A stretch of 64,000 bases of DNA from an uncultured Acidimicrobiia bacterium (GTDB taxonomy: Bacteria; Actinomycetota; Acidimicrobiia; Spongiisociales; UBA5794), in contig CAXMQQ010000006.1 of assembly GCA_964195545.1 (NCBI GenBank), positions 27,900 through 91,899 of the forward strand. Reading direction: 5' to 3'. The translations under genes were made by a program, and so were the position numbers. Numbering within the stretch: position 1 is the first letter of the stretch; each line of letters begins with the position of its first letter. Below, piece after piece: positions 28,587 to 37,589 of this stretch. The notes under the pieces were generated by a model, which saw nothing but the letters and a program-made list of their open reading frames with translations, was not told where the DNA came from and searched no databases.

Positions 28587-28621
28587 TGCTGTCTGCTGTC
28601 TGCTGTCTGCTGTCTGGCTGA
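28587..28621. repeat. Heptanucleotide tandem array H1
   Basis: TGCTGTC x4 perfect, then TGGCTGA. In another phase this reads TGTCTGC x3 plus TGTCTGG. Confidence 0.85.
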
Positions 28622-28671
28622 ATCCTCTGTCCCGTTCTCTACACTGCTCCTGAACCCATAGGAGGCATGCG

Positions 28672-30852
28672 TTGACCACTACCGAGACGCCACCGGACAG
28701 CGACGAGAAGCGCCAGGGGTGGAAGGTCACGCCGAGTCGGATTCTTGCGGTTCTGGCCGGGTTAGCGGTCGTGGGGACGTTGATCTTCTGGTGGTTCGGG
28801 TCGCTTCCCGAAGAGCCTCACTTCGACGTTGGTCGCCCGATCTTCGGGAACATTCCGGCCTTGATCGTTGCCCTCTTCTACGTGACGATCGCCACGTTCC
28901 TCGGTGTCATGTTCTATTTGTTCGCACAACGGGCGAGGAGTTGGGAGCGAGGGCTCTGGGAGCCCCGATCGGGCATCTGGAAGCAGCGTCTGATCGCGTT
29001 CCGCGACGCGTTGCTGATGCGAACGGTTCTCGAGGACCGGCAGGCAGGCCTCATGCACTCGATGATCTACTGGGGATTCATCGTTCTCATGATCGGGACC
29101 GCCACGCTCGAACTCGACCACATTCTGCCGAGCGGGTTGAAGTTCCTCCATGGTTGGTTCTACCAGGGCTACTCGGCGGTGCTGGATCTGGCCGCCCTCG
29201 TGTTCATCGTCGGCATCGTGTGGGCCGGCTTGCGACGGTACGTGCAGAAGCCGGGGCGCCTCAAGGCGAAGACCCGGCCGGAGGACGGCTGGATCCTATT
29301 CACCCTTGGACTGATCGGCGTGTCCGGTCTCCTCACTGAGGCGGCCCGGATCACGTTGAGCGGTCAGCCGTCGTTCGAAGTGTGGTCGTTCGTTGGCTAT
29401 CCGCTGTCGTATCTGGTCCCGTTGACGACGGCGTCCGGCTGGCATCAGACGTTCTGGATCATCCACGCGGTGGCGTTCGTCGCCTTCCTTGTCATCCTTC
29501 CGACGACGAAGCTTCGCCACGTTGTCACCTCGCCGACGAACCTTGCGTTGTTGCCCCGGGCCCGGCCGAAGGGCGCCATGCGTGAGGTTCCGAACCTCAT
29601 GGAAGCGGAAGACATTGAGACCATCGGCGCATCCCGGGTTGGCGAGTTCAGCTGGAAACAACTCTTCGATACCGATGCGTGCACCGTGTGTGGTCGTTGC
29701 ACCGAGGTCTGTCCGGCGAATCAGACCGGCAAGTCACTTGACCCGCGGGAGATCGTGCTGAAGCTGGGCCAAGTCGCCGCGCAAACGGCCGCCGACCCGA
29801 TTTCGCCGACGGTGAGCGTTGACGGTGATCTCACCGTCTCGTCCGATCTCGTCTTCGAACGGATCACCCCCTGGGAGCTGTGGTCGTGCACAACCTGTCG
29901 AGCGTGCGATGAGGCCTGTCCTGCAGGCCTTGAGATCGTGGACAAGATCCTCGACATGCGCCGGTTCCTCTCGCTGATGGAGGCGGAGTTCCCGACTGAG
30001 CTCGGCAAGGCCTACGTGAGTCTCGAGAACTCCTCGAACATCTACGGGATGGACCAGACGACCCGTGGAGACTGGATCAAGGAACTCGACTTCGAGGTGA
30101 AGTACCTCGACGATCCGGGGGTGACGGCGGAGTACCTCTACTGGGTTGGTTGCGCCGGGTCGTTCGATGACAGGAACAAGAAGGTCACGATTGCGACGGC
30201 GAGGCTCCTGCATGAGGCCGATGTCGACTTCGCGATCCTCGGAAAGAGAGAGCTCTGCACCGGCGACCCGGCCCGCCGCACGGGCAACGAGTACGTATTC
30301 CAGGGTCTGGCGCTGCAGAACATCGAGACGCTGAACGACCTCGGTGTCACGAAGATCGTCACGCAGTGTCCGCACTGCTTCAACACCCTGAAGAACGAGT
30401 ATCCACAGTTCGGAGGGGACTACGAGACGATCCATCACTCCGACCTTCTGATGCGCCTTGTCGATGAGGGCAGGATCACGCCCAAATCGAACGGGCAGAC
30501 CGTCACCTTTCATGATCCGTGTTACCTCGGCCGCTACAACGACGTGTACGAGGAGCCTCGCGGGATCGTCGACTCGATCGGGACACGGGTCGAGATGCCG
30601 CGTGCCGAGAGCGACTCTTTCTGCTGCGGCGCTGGCGGCGGGAAGATGTGGTTCGAGGAGGACACCGGGAAGAAGATCAACATCGAGCGGACCGAGGAAG
30701 CCGTCGCGTGTGGCACCGACGTCATCGCGACCGGATGCCCGTTCTGCTTCGTGATGGTCGACGACGGCGTCCGCGACCTCGGTGTCGAAGAGACCGTCAT
30801 CGTCAAAGACATCGCCATGCTGCTCGAGGAGAGCATCCGGTCTGACGGGTGA
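28672..30852 (+). CDS. Membrane-anchored (Fe-S)-binding reductase, HdrD/GlpC-like with CCG domains
   Basis: N-terminal multi-TM domain, two ferredoxin motifs (CTVCGRCTEVCP and CTTCRACDEACP), CCG-type Cys motifs (CPHCFNTL, CCGAGGG). TTG start preceded by AGGAGG. Confidence 0.88.
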   Translation: MTTTETPPDSDEKRQGWKVTPSRILAVLAGLAVVGTLIFWWFGSLPEEPHFDVGRPIFGNIPALIVALFYVTIATFLGVMFYLFAQRARSWERGLWEPRSGIWKQRLIAFRDALLMRTVLEDRQAGLMHSMIYWGFIVLMIGTATLELDHILPSGLKFLHGWFYQGYSAVLDLAALVFIVGIVWAGLRRYVQKPGRLKAKTRPEDGWILFTLGLIGVSGLLTEAARITLSGQPSFEVWSFVGYPLSYLVPLTTASGWHQTFWIIHAVAFVAFLVILPTTKLRHVVTSPTNLALLPRARPKGAMREVPNLMEAEDIETIGASRVGEFSWKQLFDTDACTVCGRCTEVCPANQTGKSLDPREIVLKLGQVAAQTAADPISPTVSVDGDLTVSSDLVFERITPWELWSCTTCRACDEACPAGLEIVDKILDMRRFLSLMEAEFPTELGKAYVSLENSSNIYGMDQTTRGDWIKELDFEVKYLDDPGVTAEYLYWVGCAGSFDDRNKKVTIATARLLHEADVDFAILGKRELCTGDPARRTGNEYVFQGLALQNIETLNDLGVTKIVTQCPHCFNTLKNEYPQFGGDYETIHHSDLLMRLVDEGRITPKSNGQTVTFHDPCYLGRYNDVYEEPRGIVDSIGTRVEMPRAESDSFCCGAGGGKMWFEEDTGKKINIERTEEAVACGTDVIATGCPFCFVMVDDGVRDLGVEETVIVKDIAMLLEESIRSDG

Positions 30853-31340
30853 CATCCGACACGCTCCTCATCGCTGTCGTCGCGGTCGTCATGGTGATCG
30901 GCGTTGCCGGCACTGTGCTGCCGATCCTGCCGGGCCTGTGGGTGATCTGGTTCGCGGCCGTGGCGTACGGATTCCTTTCCGGATTCACCACGGGCGGATG
31001 GTTCGCGATGACGCTGATCACAGTCCTGGCGATCGCTGGCACGGTCTCAGCGTTCTACCTCCCGCAACGGGCGGCCGCGTCGGTCGGTGTTCCCTGGTGG
31101 GGCCAACTTGTCGCCATCGGCTTCGCCGTCGCAGGAATCTTCGTCGTTCCGATCGTCGGGGCCCCGCTCGGATTCGTGGTCGGCATCCTGGTCACCACGA
31201 TCGTGCGGGAACGCCACATCGCCGGCGCTCTCGGGGCGACCTGGGCAACGCTCAAGTCGATGCTGCTCGCCTCGGGAGTGCAGTTCGCAGTTGGCCTGAT
31301 GATGACGGCCGTGTGGGTGATGTGGGTCTGGGTGGCGTAG
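30849..31340 (+). CDS. DUF456-like small membrane protein
   Basis: Four TM helices with an LPILPGLW motif. GTGA overlap with the upstream gene. Confidence 0.7.
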   Translation: MTSDTLLIAVVAVVMVIGVAGTVLPILPGLWVIWFAAVAYGFLSGFTTGGWFAMTLITVLAIAGTVSAFYLPQRAAASVGVPWWGQLVAIGFAVAGIFVVPIVGAPLGFVVGILVTTIVRERHIAGALGATWATLKSMLLASGVQFAVGLMMTAVWVMWVWVA

Positions 31341-31402
31341 CCAGACCCAGGTGTTCGCTCCGGAACTTGTCCTGGGCCGTTCGACGGAAACGGTGAAGCA
31401 GG

Positions 31403-31430
31403 CAGTCGGTCGCCGGTAGTCGGTATTCGG
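31403..31430. repeat. Heptanucleotide tandem array H6
   Basis: CAGTCGG TCGCCGG TAGTCGG TATTCGG, upstream of glgA. Confidence 0.7.
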
Positions 31431-31457
31431 CACCTGCGCCTTGAGTACGATTCTCCC

Positions 31458-32798
31458 ATGAAGATTCTGTTTGCTGCTGCCGAGTTCTCGCCCTTCGTCC
31501 GCACCGGTGGATTGGGGAACGCTGTGGCCGGACTGGCTCACGCTCTTTCTGCCGATCACGATGTCACTGTCGCCGTGCCGGGCTATCGGGATGCCAGTGC
31601 CCCGGGTCGCAAGATCAAGGAAGAGCCCTGGAAGCTGCACATGGATGGGGATGTCGAAGTGCTCTTCTGGCTCGATCCATCTTTCGATCGGCCCGGCATC
31701 TACGGACCCGATTCGTCTTCTTCGTATGACGACAACTGGGAGCGATTCGCCCGCTTCTCCGTTGCCGTCGCTGAGGTCGCGGATGGATTCGACGTCGTCC
31801 ATCTTCATGACGGGCACGTCGGTGCGGTGGCTCTGAAGACGATGGTGCGAACGGTATTCACGATCCACAACGCTTCGTACCCGATGATCGGTCCGCTTGG
31901 ACCGGCCACAGAGGTGCTTGGTCTCGGTCCGAAGGCGTCCGTGCTCGGTGGTGACATGGAATGGTTCGGCGAAGCGAACTTCCTGAAGGCCGGTATCGTC
32001 GGCGCGACGCAGGCGACAACGGTGAGTCCCGGTCATGCTCAGGAACTGACCGTCGATGAGACGTCCTTCGGACTTGGCGGAATCATCCGCGGGTTGTTCC
32101 GGCCGATCGTCGGTGTTCTCAACGGCATCGACACCGATGACTGGGATCCGGGTCGTGATCCGGGCCTCCCCAGGCCGTTCACCGCCTCCGAGCTGGCGGG
32201 CCGCTCCGCTTCGAGAAAGGCGCTGCTGTCCGAGTACGGGCTCGACGAAGGATTCATCCTCGGCAATGTCGGCCGGATGTCAGGGCAGAAGGGTCTCGGT
32301 CTCATCGACTACGACCTCGACGTGCTCGTTGAGGAAGGCGCCCGCTTCGTGTTCATGGGGAATGGTGATCTTGATTCGCTTATTGATGGTTGGGTCGATC
32401 GTCACCCCACGACCGTCGCGCACGTCCCATTCGACGAACCGGCTTCGCGACTCGTGTTCGCAGGCTCTGACGGCTACCTCATGCCATCTCAGTACGAGCC
32501 ATGCGGGCTCGGGCAGATCTACGCCATGAGGTACGGAAGCCCGACGATCGCCCACTTCACCGGCGGTCTTGAGGACACCGTCTTCGATATCGACGAGGAT
32601 CCGGCGAACGGTACCGGGTTCGTGTTTCGCTCCTTCGACCATCCGTCGCTCACGAAGACGATCCGGCGTTCGATGCACTACCACGCTTCGATACCGGACC
32701 TCTGGCGCACCGTGCAGGTCAACGGGATGGTCCGGGATTGGTCATGGGACGCACGTGCGGTCGAGTACGAGGCGATCTACGAATCGGTTCTGCCATAG
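31458..32798 (+). CDS. glgA: Glycogen synthase (GT5, ADP-glucose type)
   Basis: MKILFAAAEFSPFVRTGGLGNAV N-terminus and C-terminal PSQYEPCGL motif. Confidence 0.92.
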   Translation: MKILFAAAEFSPFVRTGGLGNAVAGLAHALSADHDVTVAVPGYRDASAPGRKIKEEPWKLHMDGDVEVLFWLDPSFDRPGIYGPDSSSSYDDNWERFARFSVAVAEVADGFDVVHLHDGHVGAVALKTMVRTVFTIHNASYPMIGPLGPATEVLGLGPKASVLGGDMEWFGEANFLKAGIVGATQATTVSPGHAQELTVDETSFGLGGIIRGLFRPIVGVLNGIDTDDWDPGRDPGLPRPFTASELAGRSASRKALLSEYGLDEGFILGNVGRMSGQKGLGLIDYDLDVLVEEGARFVFMGNGDLDSLIDGWVDRHPTTVAHVPFDEPASRLVFAGSDGYLMPSQYEPCGLGQIYAMRYGSPTIAHFTGGLEDTVFDIDEDPANGTGFVFRSFDHPSLTKTIRRSMHYHASIPDLWRTVQVNGMVRDWSWDARAVEYEAIYESVLP

Positions 32799-32811
32799 AC
32801 GGTCGTTCCGT

Positions 32812-33342
32812 TCACGCTATCGGTCCCGGAGCCCCGACGACGCCGGCTTCCGACGCCGCTCCCGTCACGTACGCCTTCGGCTCTAACCCGGTAGCAGACG
32901 CGTAGCTCTCCACCACCTCGTCAACGAACGCGGCGGCCTCGGACGCGGTCACCACCGCTACGGCGCATCCGCCGAACCCGCCCCCGGTCATGCGCGCACC
33001 GAGGCAGCCATCGATGCCCGAAGCGATTTCGACCATGAGGTCGAGGGCTTCGGAGGACACCTGGAAGTCGCCGCGAAGGCTCCGATGGCTCGCGGCCATC
33101 AGTTGGCCGAGCCGAGCGCTCAAGCAGTAGGCACCTCCGGCCGTCACCAATCGGGTGGGTGATTGCCTTCGTGGCCCTGGGTGAAGCGGAAGCGCCGGCG
33201 TTGGCGAGCTGACTCTGGGTCCTCGAGAGCAGTCGGGTGTTCGACCTGCTGCTCCCAGTGCGGGACCGATCGACGGAGGTCCTGCGGGTCGAGATGTGAC
33301 GCGATCTCGGCGAATACCGATGCCTGCTCGGCGATCTTCCAC
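32812..33342 (-). pseudogene. galK: Galactokinase remnant (C-terminal part only, frameshifted)
   Basis: The C-terminus reads LGQLMAASHRSLRGDFQVS ... GARMTGGGFGGCAV (GHMP kinase / GalK). The upstream helix (FAEIASHLDP..) is in another frame. The N-terminal GalK signature and the ATP-binding motif are absent. The fragment ends at repeat copy C. Confidence 0.7.
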
Positions 33343-33400
33343 GAACTGTGGGCTGTCAAGACACCTATACGCACGTGCGAGCCCAGGGTTCCCAGAGCAC
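33343..33400 (+). repeat. 58-bp structured repeat, copy C
   Basis: GAACTGTGGGCTGTCAAGACACCTATACGCACGTGCGAGCCCAGGGTTCCCAGAGCAC. About 50 of 58 positions match copy A by hand alignment. Confidence 0.8.
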
Positions 33401-33494
33401 GGGGTGTGGGGTATTCGCCTTGACGCCCACCGTCGGCCCGGCGGGCGCCGCCTCCCCATGACGGGAGGAAGGAATCAGCGGGACACGATCGCGA

Positions 33495-35021
33495 TTAGCT
33501 GTCTAGCTTCCAGATCGCTGCGGATCGTGGGCCCATCGAGATGCTGGTCTGGTTCTCGCCGTCGGTCAGTTCCCCGTCGCCCCACAGGCGTTCGGTCGCC
33601 CGACAGCAGGTGAGCGACACGGTTTCGCGAGACCGTCCCGCGTTGACGACTACCAGGAGATGCTCGTCGCCAGAGGAGCGCTCGACGGCGTACGACATCG
33701 AACCGTCGCCGTCATCGGGCGGCCAGACGATGCGGTACTCGGAACTGCGTAGCCCGGGATACCGATGTCGCAGCGCGACGAGTTCCTTCGTGGAAGAGAG
33801 GATGCGCTGATTCCAGTGATCCTCGTGATCCCACGGGAAAGAACGCCGGCAGTCGGGGTCCCTGCCGCCTTCGAGACCGACCTCCGTGCCGTAGTAGATG
33901 CTCGGCGCACCGGGAAAGGTGAGGAGCAACGCCAGGGCGAGGACAACGGAGTCCTCATCACCCGACGCAATCGTGAGCATGCGGGCGGTGTCGTGCGAGT
34001 CCAGGAGATTCAGATTGGCAAGCGCCGCCGGTTCCGGGTACTGGTCGAGGAGCCGCTGGATGCGGTCCCTGTACCCTCCGGCGTCGATGGGCGGGGCGAT
34101 GCTGTAGTGGGGGTTGTCCATAATCGTTGACCGGTCGAGCCGATCGCCGACGGTGTATGCGATCGTTGCGGTTGTGAACGGATAGTTCATCGTGCCGTCG
34201 AAGCGGCTCCCGTCGTTGATGTAGCCGCCCGCATCCGCCCAGATCTCTCCGACGATGTAGAGATCTGGATTCACCGCCCGGGTTCGTTCCCGGAACTCCT
34301 CCCAGAATCCGGGCGTCTGGATCTCTTCGGGAACGTCGAGACGCCACCCATCGATGCCCCTCTTCGCCCAGTACTCGCCGACCCGCATCAGATAGTCGCG
34401 AGCCTCCGCGTTGTCGGTGTTGAACGTTGGCAAAGCCCGCATCCCCCACCATGCGTCGTAGTTCGCAGGCTCGTCCATGTCGTACGGGTTGAGCGGGAAT
34501 CCGCTGATGTGGAACCAACCGAGATACGGCGACTGCTCGCCGTTTTCGAGAACGTCATGGAATCGGAAGAAGCCACGGCTCGAGTGATTGAAGACACCAT
34601 CGAGAACCACGCGAATCCCACGCTCGTGACACGCAGCGATCAATTCGTCGAAGTCGGCGTCGTTCCCGAGGATCGGGTCGATTCGGTAGTAGTCGTGTGT
34701 GTGATAGCGATGGTTCGACGCCGACCGGAAGATCGGATTGAAGTAGATGGCTGTGATGCCGAGGTCGGCCAGCCAATCGAGGTGCTCAACGACACCGAGC
34801 AAGTCTCCACCTTTGTATCCGTGGTAGGTCGGGGGCGCATCCCACGCCTCGAGATTGATGGGCTTTCGGACTCGATCCGACCTCGCGAAGCGGTCGGGGA
34901 AGATCTGATAGAAGACGGCGTCCTGGACCCAGGAGGGCCGCTCATGCAGATCGGTGGACGCGGTGCGGTTCTGCCGGCAGTGACCACAGGTCTCGGGGTC
35001 GTGTTTGCGGTGTGTCGTCAA
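33495..35021 (-). CDS. GH13 alpha-amylase family enzyme (neopullulanase / alpha-glucosidase-like)
   Basis: DAVFYQIFPDRFA, GIRVVLDGVFNH, GWRLDV, VGEIW and LLDSHD conserved regions I-IV. Confidence 0.9.
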   Translation of the reverse strand: MTTHRKHDPETCGHCRQNRTASTDLHERPSWVQDAVFYQIFPDRFARSDRVRKPINLEAWDAPPTYHGYKGGDLLGVVEHLDWLADLGITAIYFNPIFRSASNHRYHTHDYYRIDPILGNDADFDELIAACHERGIRVVLDGVFNHSSRGFFRFHDVLENGEQSPYLGWFHISGFPLNPYDMDEPANYDAWWGMRALPTFNTDNAEARDYLMRVGEYWAKRGIDGWRLDVPEEIQTPGFWEEFRERTRAVNPDLYIVGEIWADAGGYINDGSRFDGTMNYPFTTATIAYTVGDRLDRSTIMDNPHYSIAPPIDAGGYRDRIQRLLDQYPEPAALANLNLLDSHDTARMLTIASGDEDSVVLALALLLTFPGAPSIYYGTEVGLEGGRDPDCRRSFPWDHEDHWNQRILSSTKELVALRHRYPGLRSSEYRIVWPPDDGDGSMSYAVERSSGDEHLLVVVNAGRSRETVSLTCCRATERLWGDGELTDGENQTSISMGPRSAAIWKLDS

Positions 35022-35186
35022 GGGCTTGAACCTCCGAAGCGGTGGGGCAACCGCGCCATGATATGCGGAGCCGCGCGGTCAAGCAGGATCGGCCGATGGG
35101 CAGATGTGACGCTTTCGCACGAATAGACAGAGTGTCCAGAAGAAATGATATACTGTCCATAATCTCGACGAGAGTGAGACCCACCA

Positions 35187-36167
35187 ATGACTGACCGACC
35201 CATCCGGGAAACCAATTCCGGAAGCGACAGGATCGCCGTCTCCGCCAGGAGTCTCGGCAAGACGTACGGCGACACGGTTGCTGTCCGTGACTTGAGCTTC
35301 GACGCACGCGCCGGCGAGGTGATGGGTTTGCTCGGCCCCAATGGAGCCGGCAAGACCACGACCATCAAGATGCTGACGACCCTGCTCTCAATCGACACGG
35401 GATCGGCGACGATTGTCGGACTCGATGTCGCAGCGCAGCCGGATGCCGTTCGACGGGTGATCGGTCTGGCAGGACAGGCCGCTGCGGTTGACGAGAAGCT
35501 CACGGCCCGCGAGAACCTCGAGATGTTCGGCCGTCTCTACAAGATCCCGAGTGCCGAACGGAAGCTGCGGATCGATCATTTGATCGAACGTTTCGATCTG
35601 GGTGACTTCGCAAACAGGATCGCCGAGACGTACTCGGGTGGCCAGCGCAGGCGACTCGACGTTGTCGCGAGCTTGATTGCCGCTCCACCCGTGCTCTTCC
35701 TCGATGAGCCGACAACCGGCCTCGATCCTCGAAGCCGCACAGAGCTGTGGGATGAGATCGGTGAGCTTGCTGCGCAAGGAACCGCCGTCGTGCTCACCAC
35801 GCAGTACCTCGAGGAAGCTGATCGGCTCTCCGACCGCATCGTCATCATCGACGAAGGGGTCATCAAGGCATCTGGCACGAGCGCTGAGCTCAAGACGAAT
35901 CTCGAACGGGATGTGTTCGAAGTGCACCTCAACTCGTTGGAGGACCTTGATCGTGCAGTCGAGGTCACCGAACGAGTCGCACCGGGTGTGTCGAGCAGTA
36001 CGGAAGACCTCCTCCTCCAGATTCCGGTGACCGACGGTTCGAGTCAGAGTCTCATCGTGCTCAGGGAACTCGACACCGCCGGTGTTCCGATCTCCGATTT
36101 CCAACTCAGACGGCCGACACTCGACGACGTATTTCTGACACTCACCGCAACAGGAGGCAACCGATGA
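35187..36167 (+). CDS. ABC transporter ATP-binding protein (DrrA-like)
   Basis: GPNGAGKTT, YSGGQRRRL, LFLDEPT. Confidence 0.92.
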   Translation: MTDRPIRETNSGSDRIAVSARSLGKTYGDTVAVRDLSFDARAGEVMGLLGPNGAGKTTTIKMLTTLLSIDTGSATIVGLDVAAQPDAVRRVIGLAGQAAAVDEKLTARENLEMFGRLYKIPSAERKLRIDHLIERFDLGDFANRIAETYSGGQRRRLDVVASLIAAPPVLFLDEPTTGLDPRSRTELWDEIGELAAQGTAVVLTTQYLEEADRLSDRIVIIDEGVIKASGTSAELKTNLERDVFEVHLNSLEDLDRAVEVTERVAPGVSSSTEDLLLQIPVTDGSSQSLIVLRELDTAGVPISDFQLRRPTLDDVFLTLTATGGNR

Positions 36168-36970
36168 CAACGCCCCTTGCTGCCCCCTCACATAGGCCGG
36201 GCTTCGCTGAGCGCCTGAGATGGGCTCTTCAGGACATCGTGACCATGACCTGGCGTGACCTCATCCGGACTCGCAGGCAGCCCGAGATGCTGACGTTCGC
36301 CGTGATCATGGGCGTGTTCTTCCTGCTGCTGTTCTACTTCGTCTTCGGTGGTGCCATCGGGGCGGGGACGGGCGTGGACTACATCCAGTACCTCGTTCCA
36401 GGCATCTTCGTGATCACGACACTGACCGGTGCACAGCAGACGGGCACCGGTCTTGCCACCGATCTCGCACAGGGGGTTACCGACCGGTTCCGATCCCTTC
36501 CGATGAGCCAGTTGGCGGTTCTCGGCGGCCGCACGATCGCCGACGGTTTGAGAAACACGATCAGCGTTGTGCTCGTCGCGGTCGTGGGATACCTGCTCGG
36601 ATTCCGGTTCGCGTCTCTCGGCGCGGCGGTCGGTGCGGTCGCCCTCAGCGTCGGTATCGGATTCTCGTTTTCCTGGATGAACGCTGCAATCGCCGCGAAG
36701 GTGAAGAGCGCTGAGATGGTCGGCATGCTGAGCATGTTCTGGCTGTTCCCGCTGATGTTGGCGAGCACTGTGTTCACGCCGGCAGAGCAGATGCCGGGGT
36801 GGCTTCAGGGGTTCGCCAAGTGGCAGCCGATCTCCGTGGTTGCCGACGCGGCGCGGAGTCTGAGCAACGGTGTCCCTGCCGGTGATGCCGTCGTGTTGTC
36901 GGTAGTCTGGATCATCGCCTTGCTGGCCGTGTTCATCCCGACTTCGGTTGCGGTGTATCGGCGGGGATGA
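36164..36970 (+). CDS. ABC-2 type permease (DrrB-like)
   Basis: Six TM helices. ATGA overlap with the ATPase gene. Confidence 0.85.
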   Translation: MTTPLAAPSHRPGFAERLRWALQDIVTMTWRDLIRTRRQPEMLTFAVIMGVFFLLLFYFVFGGAIGAGTGVDYIQYLVPGIFVITTLTGAQQTGTGLATDLAQGVTDRFRSLPMSQLAVLGGRTIADGLRNTISVVLVAVVGYLLGFRFASLGAAVGAVALSVGIGFSFSWMNAAIAAKVKSAEMVGMLSMFWLFPLMLASTVFTPAEQMPGWLQGFAKWQPISVVADAARSLSNGVPAGDAVVLSVVWIIALLAVFIPTSVAVYRRG

Positions 36971-37527
36971 TGGCTGAGACAGCAACCGATCGGATCGTTG
37001 ACGCCACGTTTGCACTTGTGGCCGAGCGCGGCCTCGGAGCCGTCACGATGACAGAGGTCGCCGATCGGGCGGGTGTCGCCCGGCAGACGCTCTACAACCA
37101 CTTCTCCGACGTCGAACAGATCATCGTCACCGGAATCGAACAGTACGCGCAATCGGGCCTCGCTCACCTTGTAGAGCTCCTCGAAGCGACCGGCACGGCC
37201 GAAGCGAAGATGGAGTTGCTGGCTCGATACACCGTCGCCGCGGGGAACCACGGCCACGGGGTCGAGGATGTTCGCAGCGCTCTTTCCCCTGAGGCACGTG
37301 CCCATCTGGATCGGCACCAGAGCGAGTTCAGGACCCTGGTCGTATCGATCATCACGAACGGCATGGACGACGGGTCGTTCGATGCCGACCTCGATCCCGA
37401 TCGTCATGCCGTGTTGGTCCAGGGCCTGCTCCTGTCCGCCTCGGACCTCGCTGCCAGCGGCGGCGATCCCGCCGAAGTCGCGGGACTGGTCTCGGAGTCG
37501 ATTCTTCGGGTGCTAGGGGCGTCCTGA
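36967..37527 (+). CDS. TetR family transcriptional regulator
   Basis: HTH region VTMTEVADRAGVARQTLYNHFSDVE. ATGA overlap with the permease gene. Confidence 0.9.
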   Translation: MMAETATDRIVDATFALVAERGLGAVTMTEVADRAGVARQTLYNHFSDVEQIIVTGIEQYAQSGLAHLVELLEATGTAEAKMELLARYTVAAGNHGHGVEDVRSALSPEARAHLDRHQSEFRTLVVSIITNGMDDGSFDADLDPDRHAVLVQGLLLSASDLAASGGDPAEVAGLVSESILRVLGAS

Positions 37528-37589
37528 GCTCCGGTAGCCTCAGGCTGTCGAACCGAAGAATCTGTCGTAGGTCGAGAGAGAATCAGCTG

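Noticed and set aside
28587-28621. Possible CRISPR array, considered also for the other short tandem arrays.
   Set aside because: The units are 7 bp and directly abutting with no spacers. The arrays are only 21-43 bp long and there are no cas genes. These are simple tandem repeats, not CRISPR.
35121-35186. A candidate operator for the TetR encoded at the end of the drrAB-like operon, in the AT-richer stretch upstream of 35187.
   Set aside because: Only short direct TGTCCA repeats (35133 and 35154) and a 4-bp-arm palindrome (GACA-GAG-TGTC) are present. This is too weak to call without binding data.
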